The notes beneath the pieces are model-generated. The model did no database searches and was not told where the DNA came from. It saw only the letters and a program-made list of their open reading frames with translations. Of a stretch of 64,000 nucleotides of DNA, positions 14,630 through 30,129 are shown piece by piece. The position numbers and the translations under genes are program-made. Source of the stretch: Eledone cirrhosa (taxonomy: Eukaryota); NCBI GenBank assembly GCA_964016885.1, contig OZ024748.1:372001-436000 (forward strand), written 5' to 3'. The stretch's first letter is position 1; the number at the start of each line of letters is the position of its first letter.

Positions 14630-15691
14630 AGATGATGCATGACATACCCTGACTTAGTAGATGGTTAAGATTCAGTCATGGTAGTGAATATGATATGACA
14701 AGGCTCAATATTTATATACCTTAAGATTGAGACATGAAAAAATTTACATATAATACAGAGGGTGCGTGTGTGAAAAATTAAAAATACATAATAGCAATTT
14801 ACATAACTGTTAGAGATTCAAATAATTTAAATTATTGAAGAAAGAAGAAAGAAAGAAGAAAGACAGAGAGAAACAGATGAGGAAAAAATATAGTTACTAG
14901 AAGTATAGAAAGCAAAAGAGAATTGATCAAGGATAGAGAGACAAAGAGGAATAATTTTTATAGTATAAAGCATAGATAAATACATGAATATACATTTGGG
15001 CATAGCTTTGTGAAAGAGTAAACTCGAATCTTTGAATTATCTAGAACACAGGTTCTCAACCCATTTAGGCCAAACGCCCCCTTTTGTCCCTTGAAACAAC
15101 GAAATGCCCCCCCCCCATTTTTCCATTTTTCAATATACTACTGATTTTGATATCAGTAGATTACTAAAAAATTGATTAACAATATTCAGGCAGTTAAGAG
15201 TATAAATACATTCCTTGAAAGAAATATATAAATTTCAAAAAAAGGAACATAAATGTTCTTTTTTATGAATAAGGACCAGTTGAATTTGTTATATTCCCAC
15301 CAGGCGATACCAGCTATTTTGAACATTTATACAAGAGCAACTCTGTCTATCCCAAGAGTGCTCTTATCTGGAAGAAAGTGGCAATTATATCATTTCAAAG
15401 CTTTCCAATTTTCCCTTTAATGAAACGGACAGAATAAAAGTTGATATCAAACTTGATGTCCCCCTGCTTTGTTAGCTTAGAGACCACGGAAGAGGGTTTT
15501 CATGACCACGCGGGAGGGTATATTTATTAATAAATGGTAAAATATATACAACAAATGAGTAATTGAATTGTACTAGATGGTTTCCAGTCCAGCCAGACTG
15601 CAACTACAAATAAAAAAATTGTTAGTTTGCTTTGTAAAAATAGCATATCCAAGTTTTCGGATAAATCAACTTACTTTAACTTTGACTCATT

Positions 15692-16748
15692 TCAATGGGA
15701 CCCTTGAGCTTCATAGAGTCTAGCTAACTCTTTGACGTGAGGCTGAATTTTCCTAATATGTAGCCAGAGATCTTCACGTGTAATTACAGTGTAGCGGTTG
15801 CGAGCCTTACTGTGCAGTCTGGAAACAACACCAAACCTCCTCTCGACTAAGTATGAGCTTGGAAAAGGCAGAGCAAATCTCTTAGCCTCTGCATGTAGGT
15901 GTGGAAATCAACGCTGAATTTCCTCTTGCATCACAAAAAGGGGTTCACCTATTTTGGGAAATCTAATTTTGATCATGTCATCTGCTTGAAGTTCAATGAA
16001 TTCTTCCTGAAATTTAACGTCCAAATCGTCGACGTTAGCTATGAAAGCATCTGCTATCCACTTTGGGATGTCCATCGGCAAAAGGTCGACAAACCGTTCT
16101 CTCATGTTGTCTTGTAGCGCACGGAGGTGAATGGTATACATTTGGAGTTGGTCATCGCTTACAATGTTTTGAACATTGGCGACACTAGGAAAATTATAGA
16201 ATTCCCGTCAACAAAGATTCCTTTCGATGACATTCAATTTGGCCAGGAATGTTTTCACAGCATTCCTTTCTTTAAGCAAGGTGATCTTCTTCCCCTGCAA
16301 AGCCAAAATGACGCTATTTGCATTTGTTGAAGTTGTTGGTGAGGTAGGCGCAGTCTTGCCTCACATCGAGGGTTTTCTTGTACAGTTCTGTGTTGCGTCC
16401 TCGCAGAAACTCAATGATAGAGTCGAAGAGTTGAAAGAAGTGAGTAAAGCACTTGCCCTTTGAAAGCCACCTCACTTCAGTATGAAGGAGCAACTTGACG
16501 AATTCTTCGTCATTATCTTGGCACAGTTGCTGGAAAATTCGTTCATTGAGGGAATGCCGTTTGATAAAATTGATGACATCAATGGCCACCTGCAAGGACT
16601 TGCTCAGAGGCTTGCTAAATTTCTTCGCAGCCAAGTGTTGTCGATGAATGACACAATGAACAGCAAATACAGATAGATTTTCTCTCTTCAGAAGAGTAAC
16701 GAAGCTTTTATGTTGGCCGACCATTGCTCTTGCGTCGTCCGTAGCACA
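15692..16748 (-). pseudogene. Disrupted hAT (Buster/SCAND3-ZBED8-like) transposase, C-terminal part
   Basis: HCVIHRQHLA, LLLHTEVRWLSKG, FPSSYLVERFG and AQGSH* motifs spread across frameshifts. Confidence 0.88.
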
Positions 16749-16756
16749 TGATACAA

Positions 16757-17125
16757 TGTGTGTTGTATGTGGTCCTAGATGTATGTATTACCTGCCTGTG
16801 TGTTGTATGTAGTCCTAGATGTATGTGTTACCTGCTTATGTATTGCATGTGGTCCCAGCTGTATGTATTACCTGCTTGTGTGTTGTATGTGGTCCTAGAT
16901 GTGTGTATTACCTCCTTATGTGTTGTATGTGGTCCTAGATGTATGTATTACCTGATTGTGTTTTATGTGGTCCTAGATGTGTGTGTGCTATCTCATTATG
17001 TGTTGCATGTGGTCCTAGATGTGTGTATTACCTGCTTATGTGTTGTATGTGGTCTTAGATGCGTGTATTACCTGCTTATGTGTTGTATGTGGTCCTAGAT
17101 GTGTGTGCTACCCGCTTCTGTGTTT
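16757..17125 (+). repeat. ~40-bp minisatellite (~9 copies) inside the hAT element
   Basis: Unit approximately gtgtgttgtatgtggtcctagatgtgtgtattacctgctt. Confidence 0.9.
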
Positions 17126-18962
17126 TTTATTTTTTTATTTGTAATATTATTTATACAATAGGGAATAAAATAGATCTACATAGTGTTAACTCATTACGGT
17201 TGAGTCAATAATTTCAGACATGAAATACATTGTTATCGGTGAAGGAAAGTGTCCTTGACCCAGATGACTGGGTTTTTTCATTTTTAGGATCTCAATTACC
17301 GGTTAATGTCTAGACACACCTGCTCACAGCTGTGGTCAGACTATAGTTATGCTGTCTGCAAGCTCATTCAAATGCATTCACACTGGCTGTCTCAAAGACA
17401 TACAAATATGGCTTATAAAACTTACCAAAGTAAAGAGTCTTCCAGCGCCCCCTAGCCCCCCCTCAAGCTCCAAACGCCCCCCCCCTAACGAGACCTTGCT
17501 CCCAAACGCCCCCCCCCCCTGGAGTTCCGAAACGCCCTCCGGGGTGCATATGCCCCCCGTTGAGAACCTTTGATCTAGAAGTATCCATCAATCTAAATAT
17601 TAAATATATCTGGGTGTAATTATATGAGGGTTTAATTTCGAGTCCTTAGTTAATTAGAAATATACTAACAATTAATTATATACACTATATATATCCAAAC
17701 GTATCCGGCTGACCGTTAAATTTCGAATTCTTTGTTAGTTCAGAATAATGAATTAATCTATTTCAGGCTATAAAAGTTTATAAATATCTATATTAATATT
17801 AAAGTATACTAACATATTTAATTTATAAAATCATATTTAAAGTATTTGCAAACATGAGAAAGAAACTTAGTATTTTCATCCACACGAAGGTAATCCATAT
17901 TAAATTATATTATATTATATTATTTCCCTATATTAAAATAATTCTCATTATATAATTTAGAAAATAATTACAGTTATAACTTTAAAAATTTAAAATTAAC
18001 AATTAGAATGCCCTAAAGTATCTAAAGGCCTTATAATTAAACTTTAAAAAGTTATTAAATTATATATATGCATTTGTCTAAATATATACAAAGACTATAT
18101 TGTCTAAAGTTCAAGACGATATTAGTCAGTTATACATAACATAATATAATATAATAAATAAGTTACTGTTAATATTGTTAAAATTAAGGTTTTAGATCAA
18201 TTATTATATTAGGATCATGTAATACATATATACTATAAAACTTTCATGAATCATAAGGATACGAACCAGATTCAAAATAAACAAGTAAATTGTTTGCCAA
18301 ATATTTAAGCTATATAATTTAAAAATATAAGAAAATTTTTAAGGATCTATATAGTAGTATAGTATCATATTTAAAGTGTCTGCAAACATGAGAAAGAGAA
18401 AACTTAAGATTTTCATCGACCCGAAGGTAACCCGAATTTAATTAAATTAAAAAAATAATAATCGTTATATAATTTAGAAAATATTTAACAATTATAATAC
18501 TAGAATGTCCTTAAGTATCTAAAGTACTTATAAATGTAGCTAGAAGCCTGTTATTAAACCAGATATTCACATTTGTCCAAACATATACAGAGTATTCCGT
18601 TCGGAACTAAAGACGATATTAGTGATCCATATACATATAATAAATAAATAATAAAATCATTGTTAGTAAAGTTATAATTGAAGTTTAACATCAAGTTAAG
18701 TGGAAAAAGTTTGTCGACTAGGATCGTGTACGACGCATATACCATACATATATATAAACAAATAGAAATATATAAATCAAACATCCTGAATCTTAAAACT
18801 AACATACTCCAAAATACATAAAAGCATGAATTGTTTACGCTTCATTACAACTGTCAACCATATAAGCTATATATTTAAAAAATACAAGAATCCCAATCAA
18901 ATTAAATGTATCTACACAATCAAAAGATATGCATATTCATCAATAGATCATGTTAACAATCT

Positions 18963-20211
18963 ATATCTGCTCGGGGTCTGGAGAAGAACTGGAACGAGGT
19001 GTCGGCCAAGGTGTTTGCACTCACCCAGAAGTGGGCCGAGTGCAAACTATCCTTGAAAGGTCGAGCGGAGGTGGCGAACACTTTTATAGCGTCCGCCATC
19101 TACTACTGCTTGACCGTCGTGCCTTGTCCAGCCAAAACGCTCGCCAAAATGGAGCGCGCTCTTCCAATTCCTTTGGAAGAGGCTGGCTCCTTTGGTGAGA
19201 AGATCCATCTGCTGCCAACGCCCTTCCAACAGAGGGCTGGGGCTGTCGTGGCTGACGATGCGCAAACGCGCTCAGGCTGCGGCATCTCTACGTATTCCTC
19301 ACCGGACAACCGGTGTGGGCGCCGTTCGTGAGGCGAGCCTTCCCACGACTCGTCTCGCTGACCGAGCTGCAGTCCTGGGTCAAACAAATGTGCCCAGGCG
19401 CTCACAGCCCTCTGGCAGGCGGACTCGGCGATCAGTGGAGACTCCACTTCGTCATTCTATAGAGGGTTGATCCGCAGCAAGTGCGACGACGTGCTCGGTG
19501 AAACTCTAGGCGTAGAGGAAGACGAACTGGCCAGTCTGTTCGGTAGGACCTTCCGCCCGGGACCGATGGACAACTTCCAAAAGTTCCTGGCCTGGCAGTG
19601 CTACCGAGGAGCTCTACCAGTTCGAGACAAGCTCTACAGACATGGGCACCCGAGCAGGGACCCTGCAAAAAAGATCTGTCCGAGGTGCGTGCGAGACGAA
19701 GAAACCGTCGCGCACGCATTCATACACTGCCCGGGTGTCACCGACCTGTGGGGCTATGTAGAACGACTATTGTCGCGGGTGGGACCAATCCTGTTGACCA
19801 CCGAGTCCATTGTCATGATCAAACCGCCACCCTCCTTCAAAAACGAAGGAGATGCGGTTTTCCTTTGTGTGGTAGCTATGGCGAAAGAGGTTGTATGCTG
19901 GACAAGGTTGAAAGGGCTGAGGTCAGACACCTTTCTCTCCGGCCAACAACTGATTCTTTTTTTCAAATACCATTTTGGAAGAAGAATCAGGATGGAGGAG
20001 AGGAAGGGAGTACAAACTCTTCGTACTCCTGGAGATGAGGGTTGCACATTTTTTTCGGGGGTATGTGTTACCCATATGAAATGTCTCCCCCTATTGGGGA
20101 AAATCGACTAATTTTTAAATTGCATTTGTGATATTTTACGTTTTTATTGTATGTAAACTTCCCCCTTTGTATTTGTCCCCTTTTTTTGTGCCCCTGTGGC
20201 TAATAAAGAAA
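18963..20211 (+). mobile_element. Tx1/L1-clade LINE 3' fragment (frameshifted ORF2 C-terminus)
   Basis: YLLGVW, KLSLKGRAEVANT, GLGL and a CPRC-x-ETVAHAFIHC zinc finger; ends in AATAAAGAAA; GC-rich island in an AT-rich flank. Confidence 0.85.
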
Positions 20212-20340
20212 CATATATGTTAATATATTTATATAGAACCCTTAATCTAACATTAATCATATCATAAACGAGTAAAAAAATTATTATAACATATTACGCA
20301 CTCAGTTGATACGAAACGTCAAAAATTAGAACCTATTTAT

Positions 20341-21422
20341 TTAGTGTTTTTTCCTGACTGTTTGCGAGGCTTGGAATGTAGAGGAAGTTTTATGAAGGCA
20401 ATTTGAGAATAATTCACTTTTTTTGTTAATTAAATTATCATAATTAGTAATTATTATTCGGGTCTCCATAGTACAGAGATTGCAGTTAGGTGATATTGAA
20501 GAATTCGAGTATATTCGACTATTACACAGCTTCGACCAAGAAATCGAGTATTTTAAATTTTTGTCTTTTAACGACCATATAAGTTGTGATAAGGAAGTCG
20601 AAGATTTCCTATTAGGATTCGAAAAGGAGTATTTATGATTCGAAAATCTTAATTTAAATGTCGATGAAGTTGCACCAATATAGTTGTATGTGATGTTATT
20701 TGCTTTTACGGTGCATTTATAGACCAGATTGCTATCCAGACAATTATTTTGCAGAGGGCAATTTGATCTATTTCTACAATTACATTTCAATTTATTGTTA
20801 TTACTATAAATTGGACAATTGACATTAACATTGTTAGTACTTTGAAGTGTTCTATTGATTGTGCTTAGATTAATGTTATTGTTATTCCTAGTATTAATAT
20901 TGCTAGTGTTATATTCATTATCGTTAATTGTTTGTTGATTATGATTTAGAATTCTACTATTTATTTTTGCGATGTTCTGTGCCATATTCATAGTTGTAGA
21001 ATAAGAAAACTTAATTGTGTGTCTGTTAAATATGGAACGGTATTTGTGTTGAATGGGGAAGCATTTATCTAAAGCTTTAAAGAATAGATTTGCGAGTGGT
21101 GTTTTTATTGCTACAGAAGGTGGGGGGGCAAACCATATAACTGATTTAGTTCTGATTTTTTTCACCGATTTATTCACGGTATTGGTGTTTGTATTATAAT
21201 TTTTAGAATCTCGTTTGTATATGTTAGTCTTATTTTTATCAGGATTATAATTCAAATTATTATTATCTATATATTCAATATTATTTTTATAACCTGCCTT
21301 TCGTAGCGCGTCATTATAATATCCTGCTTTTTCATCAAATATGGATTTATTAGCGGATATTCTAGTTATGCGTTTCTGTACACTATTGACTATTGCATTT
21401 TTCACGGATTTAGGGTAATTAG
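20341..21422 (-). mobile_element. Penelope-like element 3' part: RT thumb/linker and GIY-YIG endonuclease, 5'-truncated at (TA)n
   Basis: Open frame SNYP...VIWFAPP...[15 protein letters not shown]...VYKCTV...YIGAT...[12 protein letters not shown]...CNLCTME...LINKKSE. Confidence 0.9.
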
Positions 21423-21423
21423 A

Positions 21424-22699
<1,276 letters not shown>

Positions 22700-22700
<1 letters not shown>

Positions 22701-23140
22701 TAGTCCACACGACGGATTTCCCCTTGCGTATGGCTTGGACTTAGTGATGGCTTTCCATTGAATGGAGTAGTCTATACCCGTGTCCTTAAGGGACCATACG
22801 TGGCTCGCGAAGGGAAATCCGTCGTGTGGACTATGTATTGATGAACGAATAAATATCTTAAAGAGATTATGCAATAGTGATTGTTTAAACACGAGAAATG
22901 AATTCTTCACACGTTGTCCACACGTCTCGAAACAGCACTTGCATAACTACAAAGCTCCGGATTGAATCATTACAACATCATCATTTTCTTATCAACTAAA
23001 AACTTTTCGGACTTTCGCAGTTATCTCCCTTACACCTCTCGCACGCATCTTAGTATTGCCTGTGTGAAGTGACCGGTTTCTGCGCATGCGCGTTCGTACG
23101 GTTGTCCTGCCTGTTCCGTATAACCATGTCCATTACGAGC

Positions 23141-23143
<3 letters not shown>
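22700..23143 (+). mobile_element. Penelope-like element extreme 3' fragment with a 5' inversion
   Basis: Minus strand gives [25 protein letters not shown]; plus strand continues [15 protein letters not shown]...[13 protein letters not shown], the GIY-YIG C-terminal region. Confidence 0.75.
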
Positions 23144-23214
<71 letters not shown>

Positions 23215-23699
23215 TATATGCAGAGGAGTAGCCCCAACCATCTCCTCAAAATCACACGCCTATTTCAACTGATCCCCTTGCGTCCCCTCTTCTGGTCAGG
23301 TTAGGACCTTTTCTATCCCTGCTATGCAATAAATCTGAACACTTTGTATGTCTCAGGAGACCATTGAACCATAGATCTATGGAGGTTGTCACTAGTCTCT
23401 TCGTGGACATATGTAGCACATTGGCAAGCCTCTTCCGCCGTACGTGAAGGTATTCATTCCATAGATTGCTCAGTCGGGTACTTTCCATGACCCATTAATT
23501 TGGGATGTGGCCAAGCCAAACATCCTAAGTATGGCCCCAAGGGAACGTCTATTGTGGGTCCAAATCCTTCACACATCAGAGTATTCTTCTACTTTATTTT
23601 CAACTCTTAACATCCTCTAATCGAGTTGAAAGATAGACTTAGCCACTTAGAAATTAATTTAACGAGTCAGACGTACAGTTGATAGAACACTTAACACTT

Positions 23700-24125
23700 A
23701 ACGAAACTAACCAAAGATTCAGCTGGTGAATTAGTTTTAACACAGAACTAGAGAATCACTAAAACATCCTCTAATTATTTTAGTAGAAAACATCGAAAAT
23801 TGTGGAGCTAGCTTCTTAACCATTTGTCCATGCTGCGTCCAGCAGTTAATAGAAAGGATACTATCAAAGGATTTGTCAGTTTGGGAAATTACTGAAAATT
23901 CTTTATGGTGATCTGCCTCGAATTTTATCGAAAGTTCGATCCCGTCGCTTGTCTCTCGGGAGTCATGTTTCCTGCCATGATGAACCTGTAGGGAAATTAC
24001 TTCTCTGGTCACCAGATGCAGAGCTCCAAGTAGGACGTCCAGACATAACCACCAGGATTTTGTTGGCGAAGGACACTTCTGAACTTACTGGAGCAAGAAC
24101 TTTGTGTGTGCTTCACCTTCAATGG
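23700..24125 (+). mobile_element. Degenerate RTE-like LINE ORF C-terminal fragment
   Basis: RRLSLGSHVSCHDEPVGKLLLWSP...GRP...LLAKDT pattern. Confidence 0.55.
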
Positions 24126-24128
24126 ACA

Positions 24129-24317
24129 GAAGAAAAGAAAAGAAAAGAAAAGAAAAGAAAAGAAAAGAAAAGAAAAGAAAAGAAAAGAAAAGAAAAGAAT
24201 AGAAGAAGAAAAAGAAGAAAAGAAGAAAAGAAGAAGAAGAGAAGAAGAAGAGAAGAAGAAAAGAAGAAAAGAAGAAGAAGAAGAAGAAGAAAAGAAGACG
24301 AAGAAGAAGAAGAAGAG
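24129..24317 (+). repeat. (AAAAG)n/(AAG)n purine tract
   Basis: Read directly from the sequence. Confidence 0.95.
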
Positions 24318-25699
24318 TATGTATGATGTATGTGTATAGTGGCAAGAATGGAGAGGTGAAGGAAATACGTTTTAGAGTAGTTTTTTTTTCTTCTTAGTGT
24401 AGAGCTGGATGAAGCAAATATAAAGGTCTTCTCCGTGGATACCGCTTACTGTTTACGTAACTAATATAGTTGAAGAGAGCCATGATGAAAGATTACGTAA
24501 ATTCGTGGAGATTCTTTTGGCATGGAATCAAAAGGGCCAACTGTACTTTGGAAGTTTGTCAGTTGTTGGAGAGGCACACAAAGGTTTATTGTTACCTTCC
24601 CATGATTCCTATTTACAGCTGGACGAAATTGTTAGATAAAAGAATTAAGGGATTTAAGTGCTATAACTCTCCCCCTTTAAAACCAAGTCATTGTCCAACA
24701 AATCATATCATAACCGAGCCTTCAAATGGTAGGCTAGCATGTAATAATTATTTCTAACATTGACTTCGTTACCCTTTAAGAAGGAATATGACGTCACTTT
24801 CAGCTTATATCTGGAGTCTAAAAGACAACCACACCCAATATAAGTTACACTGGGAGATCCTAGCTAAGGCTAGATCGTATAACGGAAATAAAAAAACCAC
24901 GTGACCTCTGCACCGCTGAGGCCCTGGAAATACTCTACGCCAAAGACCACATCTTAAACAAAAAATCCGAGGCAATTTCGGCTTGTAAACATAAATTGCA
25001 CAAAACTTTCCTGTATTACAGCCCCACATTCCCACTATCCCTAACGGATAGTACGAACTCTACGCGGATATTTTACGTCTTGATGTGGTAGCTAAGTATA
25101 TGTTATGTTTATACCATACTTATTTGTATAGGTAAGTATATATTACCTGTATGTTTTGTGAAGGTACGTATACTTTCTCGTACGTATATTTGATTGTATA
25201 TGTTATGGCGTATATATTATTTTTTCTGGTACATATGCTTTTGGTTATGTGTATACGTGAGTTTTGCGTCTGTGTGAGTATGCGGGTTCGTACGTATGTA
25301 GGGTGTGTGTATATGTGTACTTCGTGTTTTGGTTGACGTACGTCTCCGAACATAAGTGTATTTACATGTAGGTATGTGTGTGTGTGCGCTTGTTATATAC
25401 GTATTTATTTATTTATATACGTTTATTTAATTATATGTATACAGGCACACACACACACACATATATATATTTTTTATATATATTTTTATGTGTATTTGGT
25501 GTATACATTCGTATGCGTGCGGGTACATGCGTTGCGTGGGTTCTCTATGTGCGTGCGGTTTTTTTTGTGTACGTGCGTGTATTTGTATACCTATGGCGAG
25601 TGTTTTCGCGTATGCTTGTGTATGTACGTATATGGATGCGTGTATGTATTTATTTAATTTCAATTACTTCTGTATTTTATTTACTTTATTCTTAACTCT

Positions 25700-27815
25700 G
25701 AAGCCGAGAATCATTCGGTTTTCTAGTTAGAATTTTAGTCTACGACTTCAGTTATACCATTCACGTGGTTTTGCCTTTGCGTGCAATTGTTCTCCCCGCT
25801 CCACATATGACGTATTCGTTTTTTCTGTTCATTGCCAGAGAACGTCTCTATGAACCACCTAATAGAATATTAGTCTACGACTTCTTTTATACCATAAACG
25901 TGGTTTTGTCTTTGCGTGTAATTGTTTTTCACCGCTCCAAATAATGACGTATTATCTTCGTTTTTTCCCGTTCTTTGCCAGGGAACGTTTCCACGAACCA
26001 AAGTATCGTCTTCCTGTCTTCCTCCGGTTGCAACGTTTTTTGAAATATTCACTTCTGCGTTCACAGATTGACTTTGTTAGTTTCAAAAGATCCCGTTAAG
26101 GGTGAAAGCAGCGTTTCTTTGTTTAAACTTTAATCTGTTATTTTAATAAATATTTGCTCTACGGTTCTTATATATTTGATATATATTTCTCCTTATCGAG
26201 CCCTCTTTGGATTTTAGTCTTCAAAATTATTATTATTATTACTATTTGGCTCCCTCGGTTGAGCACTCTATTGACTTATATTCATCATCTGAATATTTCT
26301 ACAAAGAACATACCCGTACCAAACAGGAAAACATACCTAAAACTCCTGATACAGAAAACAGACGCGTTCATTAAAAGGTTGCGTTGGCGTGCCTATTATT
26401 TCGATAATCAGGGAAAAGCAGACAACAAACAGGATAAATTTGGGTTTAAAACCTATAATAACCCTCCGAGTAACCCAGCATTGCTACCCTTCGAAAATGA
26501 TGTCTTGGAACTCATACGGAGTATCAAATTTCGGAATAGGAGCAATTCCTTCCAGCAGGACCTGAAGAATAGAATTCGTTCTATTAAGGATTCTAATGCC
26601 GTGCACGTCCATTCCGACAAAACTGGCAATCTATATCAAGTGGAACGCAGAACTTACCATCAACTGCTACATAATGCTGTAACAAAGGATTACCTTAAAA
26701 CTAATCGGAGCGTCATTAATGAAATCAACGATGCTGTTTTAAAATCACCTCTGATCTCAATATCCTGGACCGGACTGAACCTCTGGACCCTATTTCTCCC
26801 CACTTTACCCTGAAGGATCACAAATCCAATTTTCCGAACAACCCCTCTATTCGCCTTATTAACCCTACGAAGTCCGATTTAGGTAGACTTAGTAAAAGGA
26901 TTCTTGATAGAATTATACCTGAAATTAGAAGTTTGGCCCCTCTTGCACTGTGAAACAATTCTTTCGCGGTGATTGATTGGTTCAACGGCATATGCAACAA
27001 GGAACATTGCCGTTTTATCCAATTCGACATCAATAATTACTACTCCTCCATCACTTTACCACTTCTCCTTAGAGCTATCAATTTTGCTAAAACACTCACA
27101 GTGGTTAAGGATTTCGAAGTTGATGTCGTCCTCAATGCCCGTAAGTCGGTGATTAATTTCGACGACTCTATTTGGATTAAAAAGATCTAATAGTACCCCA
27201 TTCGACGTGAGTATGGGCGCCAGCGATTCTGCGGAGGTTACTGATCTTATCGGCCTTTTCCTTCTTTTCTCTATAAAGGAAGAATTCCCCAACGTGGGCG
27301 GTGGTTTGTACCGTGATGGTCTTTTGACCATGACTAAGTGCGGCCCACGTGCTTGCGAGAGGTTCAGAAAAGAACTCACAGCCTTCTTTAAAGGCTTCAA
27401 CCTCTCCACACAGGTTGAGGCCAACCTCTCGGTCGTTAATTACCTCGATGTTACCCTCAATTTATCGAATGGCTTGCATTACCCGTATAGAAAGCCGAAT
27501 GATACGCTTAATTACATAAGTAAGCATTCTAACCATCCTGCCAGCATAACCAAGAACCTGGTAAGAAACGTTTCTTTGAGGCTTTCCCGTCTATCTACTA
27601 ACGAGCATATTTTCAACGATCATTCCACATATTACAATGAAGCTCTTGCTCGGAGTGGATTTGTCGATAAGGTAGCATATACAGAGTACGAGAATAGACC
27701 TAGAAGAAATAGATCCCGACGCATTATATGTATAACCCACCATATAATATGGAGGTGGCCACACCATTAGCTAAAATCTTTCTCTCCCTTATTATGAAGC
27801 ATTTTCCCCCTACAC

Positions 27816-27818
<3 letters not shown>
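25700..27818 (+). mobile_element. Penelope-like element: terminal region and RT pseudogene, truncated at (TA)n
   Basis: STKNIP, KRLRWRA, DKTGNLY, KDHK..F, RLINPTKS, IQFDINNYYSSI, FDVSMGASDSAEV, GLYRD-GL, NYLDVTLNL and SNHP motifs; frameshifts and a TGG>TGA stop near 26950. Confidence 0.9.
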
Positions 27819-27892
<74 letters not shown>

Positions 27893-28289
27893 TTTATAAC
27901 AATATAACCAGAGAAGTTGTAGTGTCTGGTTTTTTATTACTTTTTCTCTTCACAAATTATATGCAATTATCACTTTTATCTAACTTTTCTTTCAATTTAA
28001 CGCTCTGACTGGGGTGCAGAGCCTATCCCTCCCTTCTCGTCTCACTTTCTTGTGTTGCTTGATTTCATTTTTTTTTTTTTTACTCTTTTTGTCATTATCA
28101 AAATATTCTGTTATCTATCTATCAGGTAGAATATGTTGGTCCTCAGAGCTAACGAAACGTATGTATCCGGTATAGCACTGTTGTAATAGTTAGCGTTTAT
28201 ATATATTATATTATATATATATAAGCGTGAAACTAAAAACCATATTATTTGTACTGCCTCTGTCTGTTTTTTGTTCTGTTCATTTTTTA

Positions 28290-28357
<68 letters not shown>

Positions 28358-28499
28358 TATTTGTTAACTAACTGTTGAAACGGCAAGAACTCAGCCTCCG
28401 GGTCACGACGCTTTATAATAAAACCATACTCTACTACCCCAAGTATCGAGTACTCTGTTGAGTAATGGTCTAACCAGTTTCAAACTGAATCCATCCTGA

Positions 28500-28574
<75 letters not shown>

Positions 28575-28580
<6 letters not shown>

Positions 28581-28771
28581 AAGAGGGTGTGGTAAGATAC
28601 CAGGTGGACCATAAAGCACCAGAGTACTCAATATTTAGGGCAGTAGAGTAGGTTATAGGAAAAGAGTCAGGACCCCGATGGCTGAGCGCCGGCCGTTTCG
28701 AGAGCTAGGTCCGAACTAGGATCTAGCTGTCGAAACGGCCGGAGGTTAGTTGTCGGAGTCCTGGCTCTTTT

Positions 28772-28776
<5 letters not shown>
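28575..28776 (+). mobile_element. Copy of the terminal-hairpin element (family of 5529-5710); partial inverted relative at ~28378-28470
   Basis: Shares gtggtaag..ccaggtggaccataa..gagtactcaata; hairpin at 28655-28776. Confidence 0.7.
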
Positions 28777-28845
<69 letters not shown>

Positions 28846-30129
28846 GCAGTAGTTTATAATAATAGATATCACCAAGACTCACGTCGAGTCACCATTTTAG
28901 CAGAAAGATATAATAATGATGGGAATATCAACATGAATGTATGTTTATTTGTTGTAGTGAGAAAGAGACAAAGTTAATCACTAAGTAAATGCTTGTTGAA
29001 TTGAATAGTTAAAGTTAACAATATAAAGGTTATAAAAGGAAATGTGGTATTGTGCCAGGCCCAAGGAAGGCCGACCGGCCAAAGTGCAAATCTCACCGTT
29101 ACATATTGTTTGTGCTTGCAGAGCAAAAGAAGAAGTGATGTTTACCTTAGTATGGTCAAGCTGCAAGAGGGAGATTTCTGAATTGACGCGGGAATTTTTC
29201 CATCAGGGCGGCGATTGGCTGAACCGAGCCAAACAAAGCACGGAGAATGTATCTATGACCCCTAGGAACGTAGGTCACTACATATACATACAATACCGGC
29301 TTTGCACACGGGCCTGCTCCTAGCACTGAAACTTGTGATATTTGTGTTGTTATGAGGGTTATTGTTGATTTACTATCAGTCACTATCACGTGTAGTGCTG
29401 TGTCATTTTATTAGGCTTCTAGTCACCCTAGAAACTTTATACTGATTCTATAGAATTTATAGTTGCGGTGTATAAAGATTACTTCAAAGGGTTTTATTCG
29501 TGTCAAGCTGAAATGCGTACAATCAACAAAGCATTTGAACACTAACAATAAGACATATGAGTAAGAAATAGTTTGCTTAAAGTTACATTGGCGAGATTTG
29601 ATAAAAATTGCGGCCGTGAAAATATGTACTGGAATCGATTGGATCGACTGAAAACCTTGCTGAAACTAATTGAATAATAGTTTCTGATTTAGGCACAAGG
29701 CCAGCAATTTCAGGGGAGGGGAAAATCGATTAAACTGACCCCAGTGTGTAACTGGTACTTTACTTTATCAACCGCTGTAAGGATGAAAGGTAAAGCTAAC
29801 CTAGACGGCGGGATTTGAATTCAGAACGTAAAGGAACGTAACTCTATGCTGCAAATCATGTTGGACGCTTTACCTATTACTGCGAATCCACCGCTCTTAA
29901 TGGTTTCTGATTTAGGCACAAAGCCAACATTTTTTGTGGGGAGGCGAAAGTCGATCCCAGTACATTACTGGTACTTTATTGTATCGACCCCGTAAGCATG
30001 AAAGGCAAAGCTAACCTCGACAGGATTTGGACTCAGAACGCGAAGGGACGTAACTCTGTGTTGAAAAGCATGTCCAATCTGAACCTAGAACGTAAAGGGA
30101 GTAACTGGACATTTAAGCGTGTGTGGCTC

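Larger units (their letters stand above)
15047..17572 (-). mobile_element. hAT DNA transposon, Buster/Charlie type, internally deleted
   Basis: TIRs CACAGGTTCTCAAC / GTTGAGAACCTTTG (13/14 match); perfect 8-bp TSD ATCTAGAA at 15039-15046 and 17573-17580 with central TA. Confidence 0.92.

Noticed and set aside
23949-24345. Lys/Arg/Glu-rich and Phe-rich ORFs
   Set aside because: Translations of the (AAAAG)n/(AAG)n tract fused to a LINE remnant.
26945-26955. In-frame TGA in the PLE RT as selenocysteine recoding
   Set aside because: It falls at a conserved Trp position in a copy with other disabling lesions, so a TGG>TGA nonsense change is simpler.
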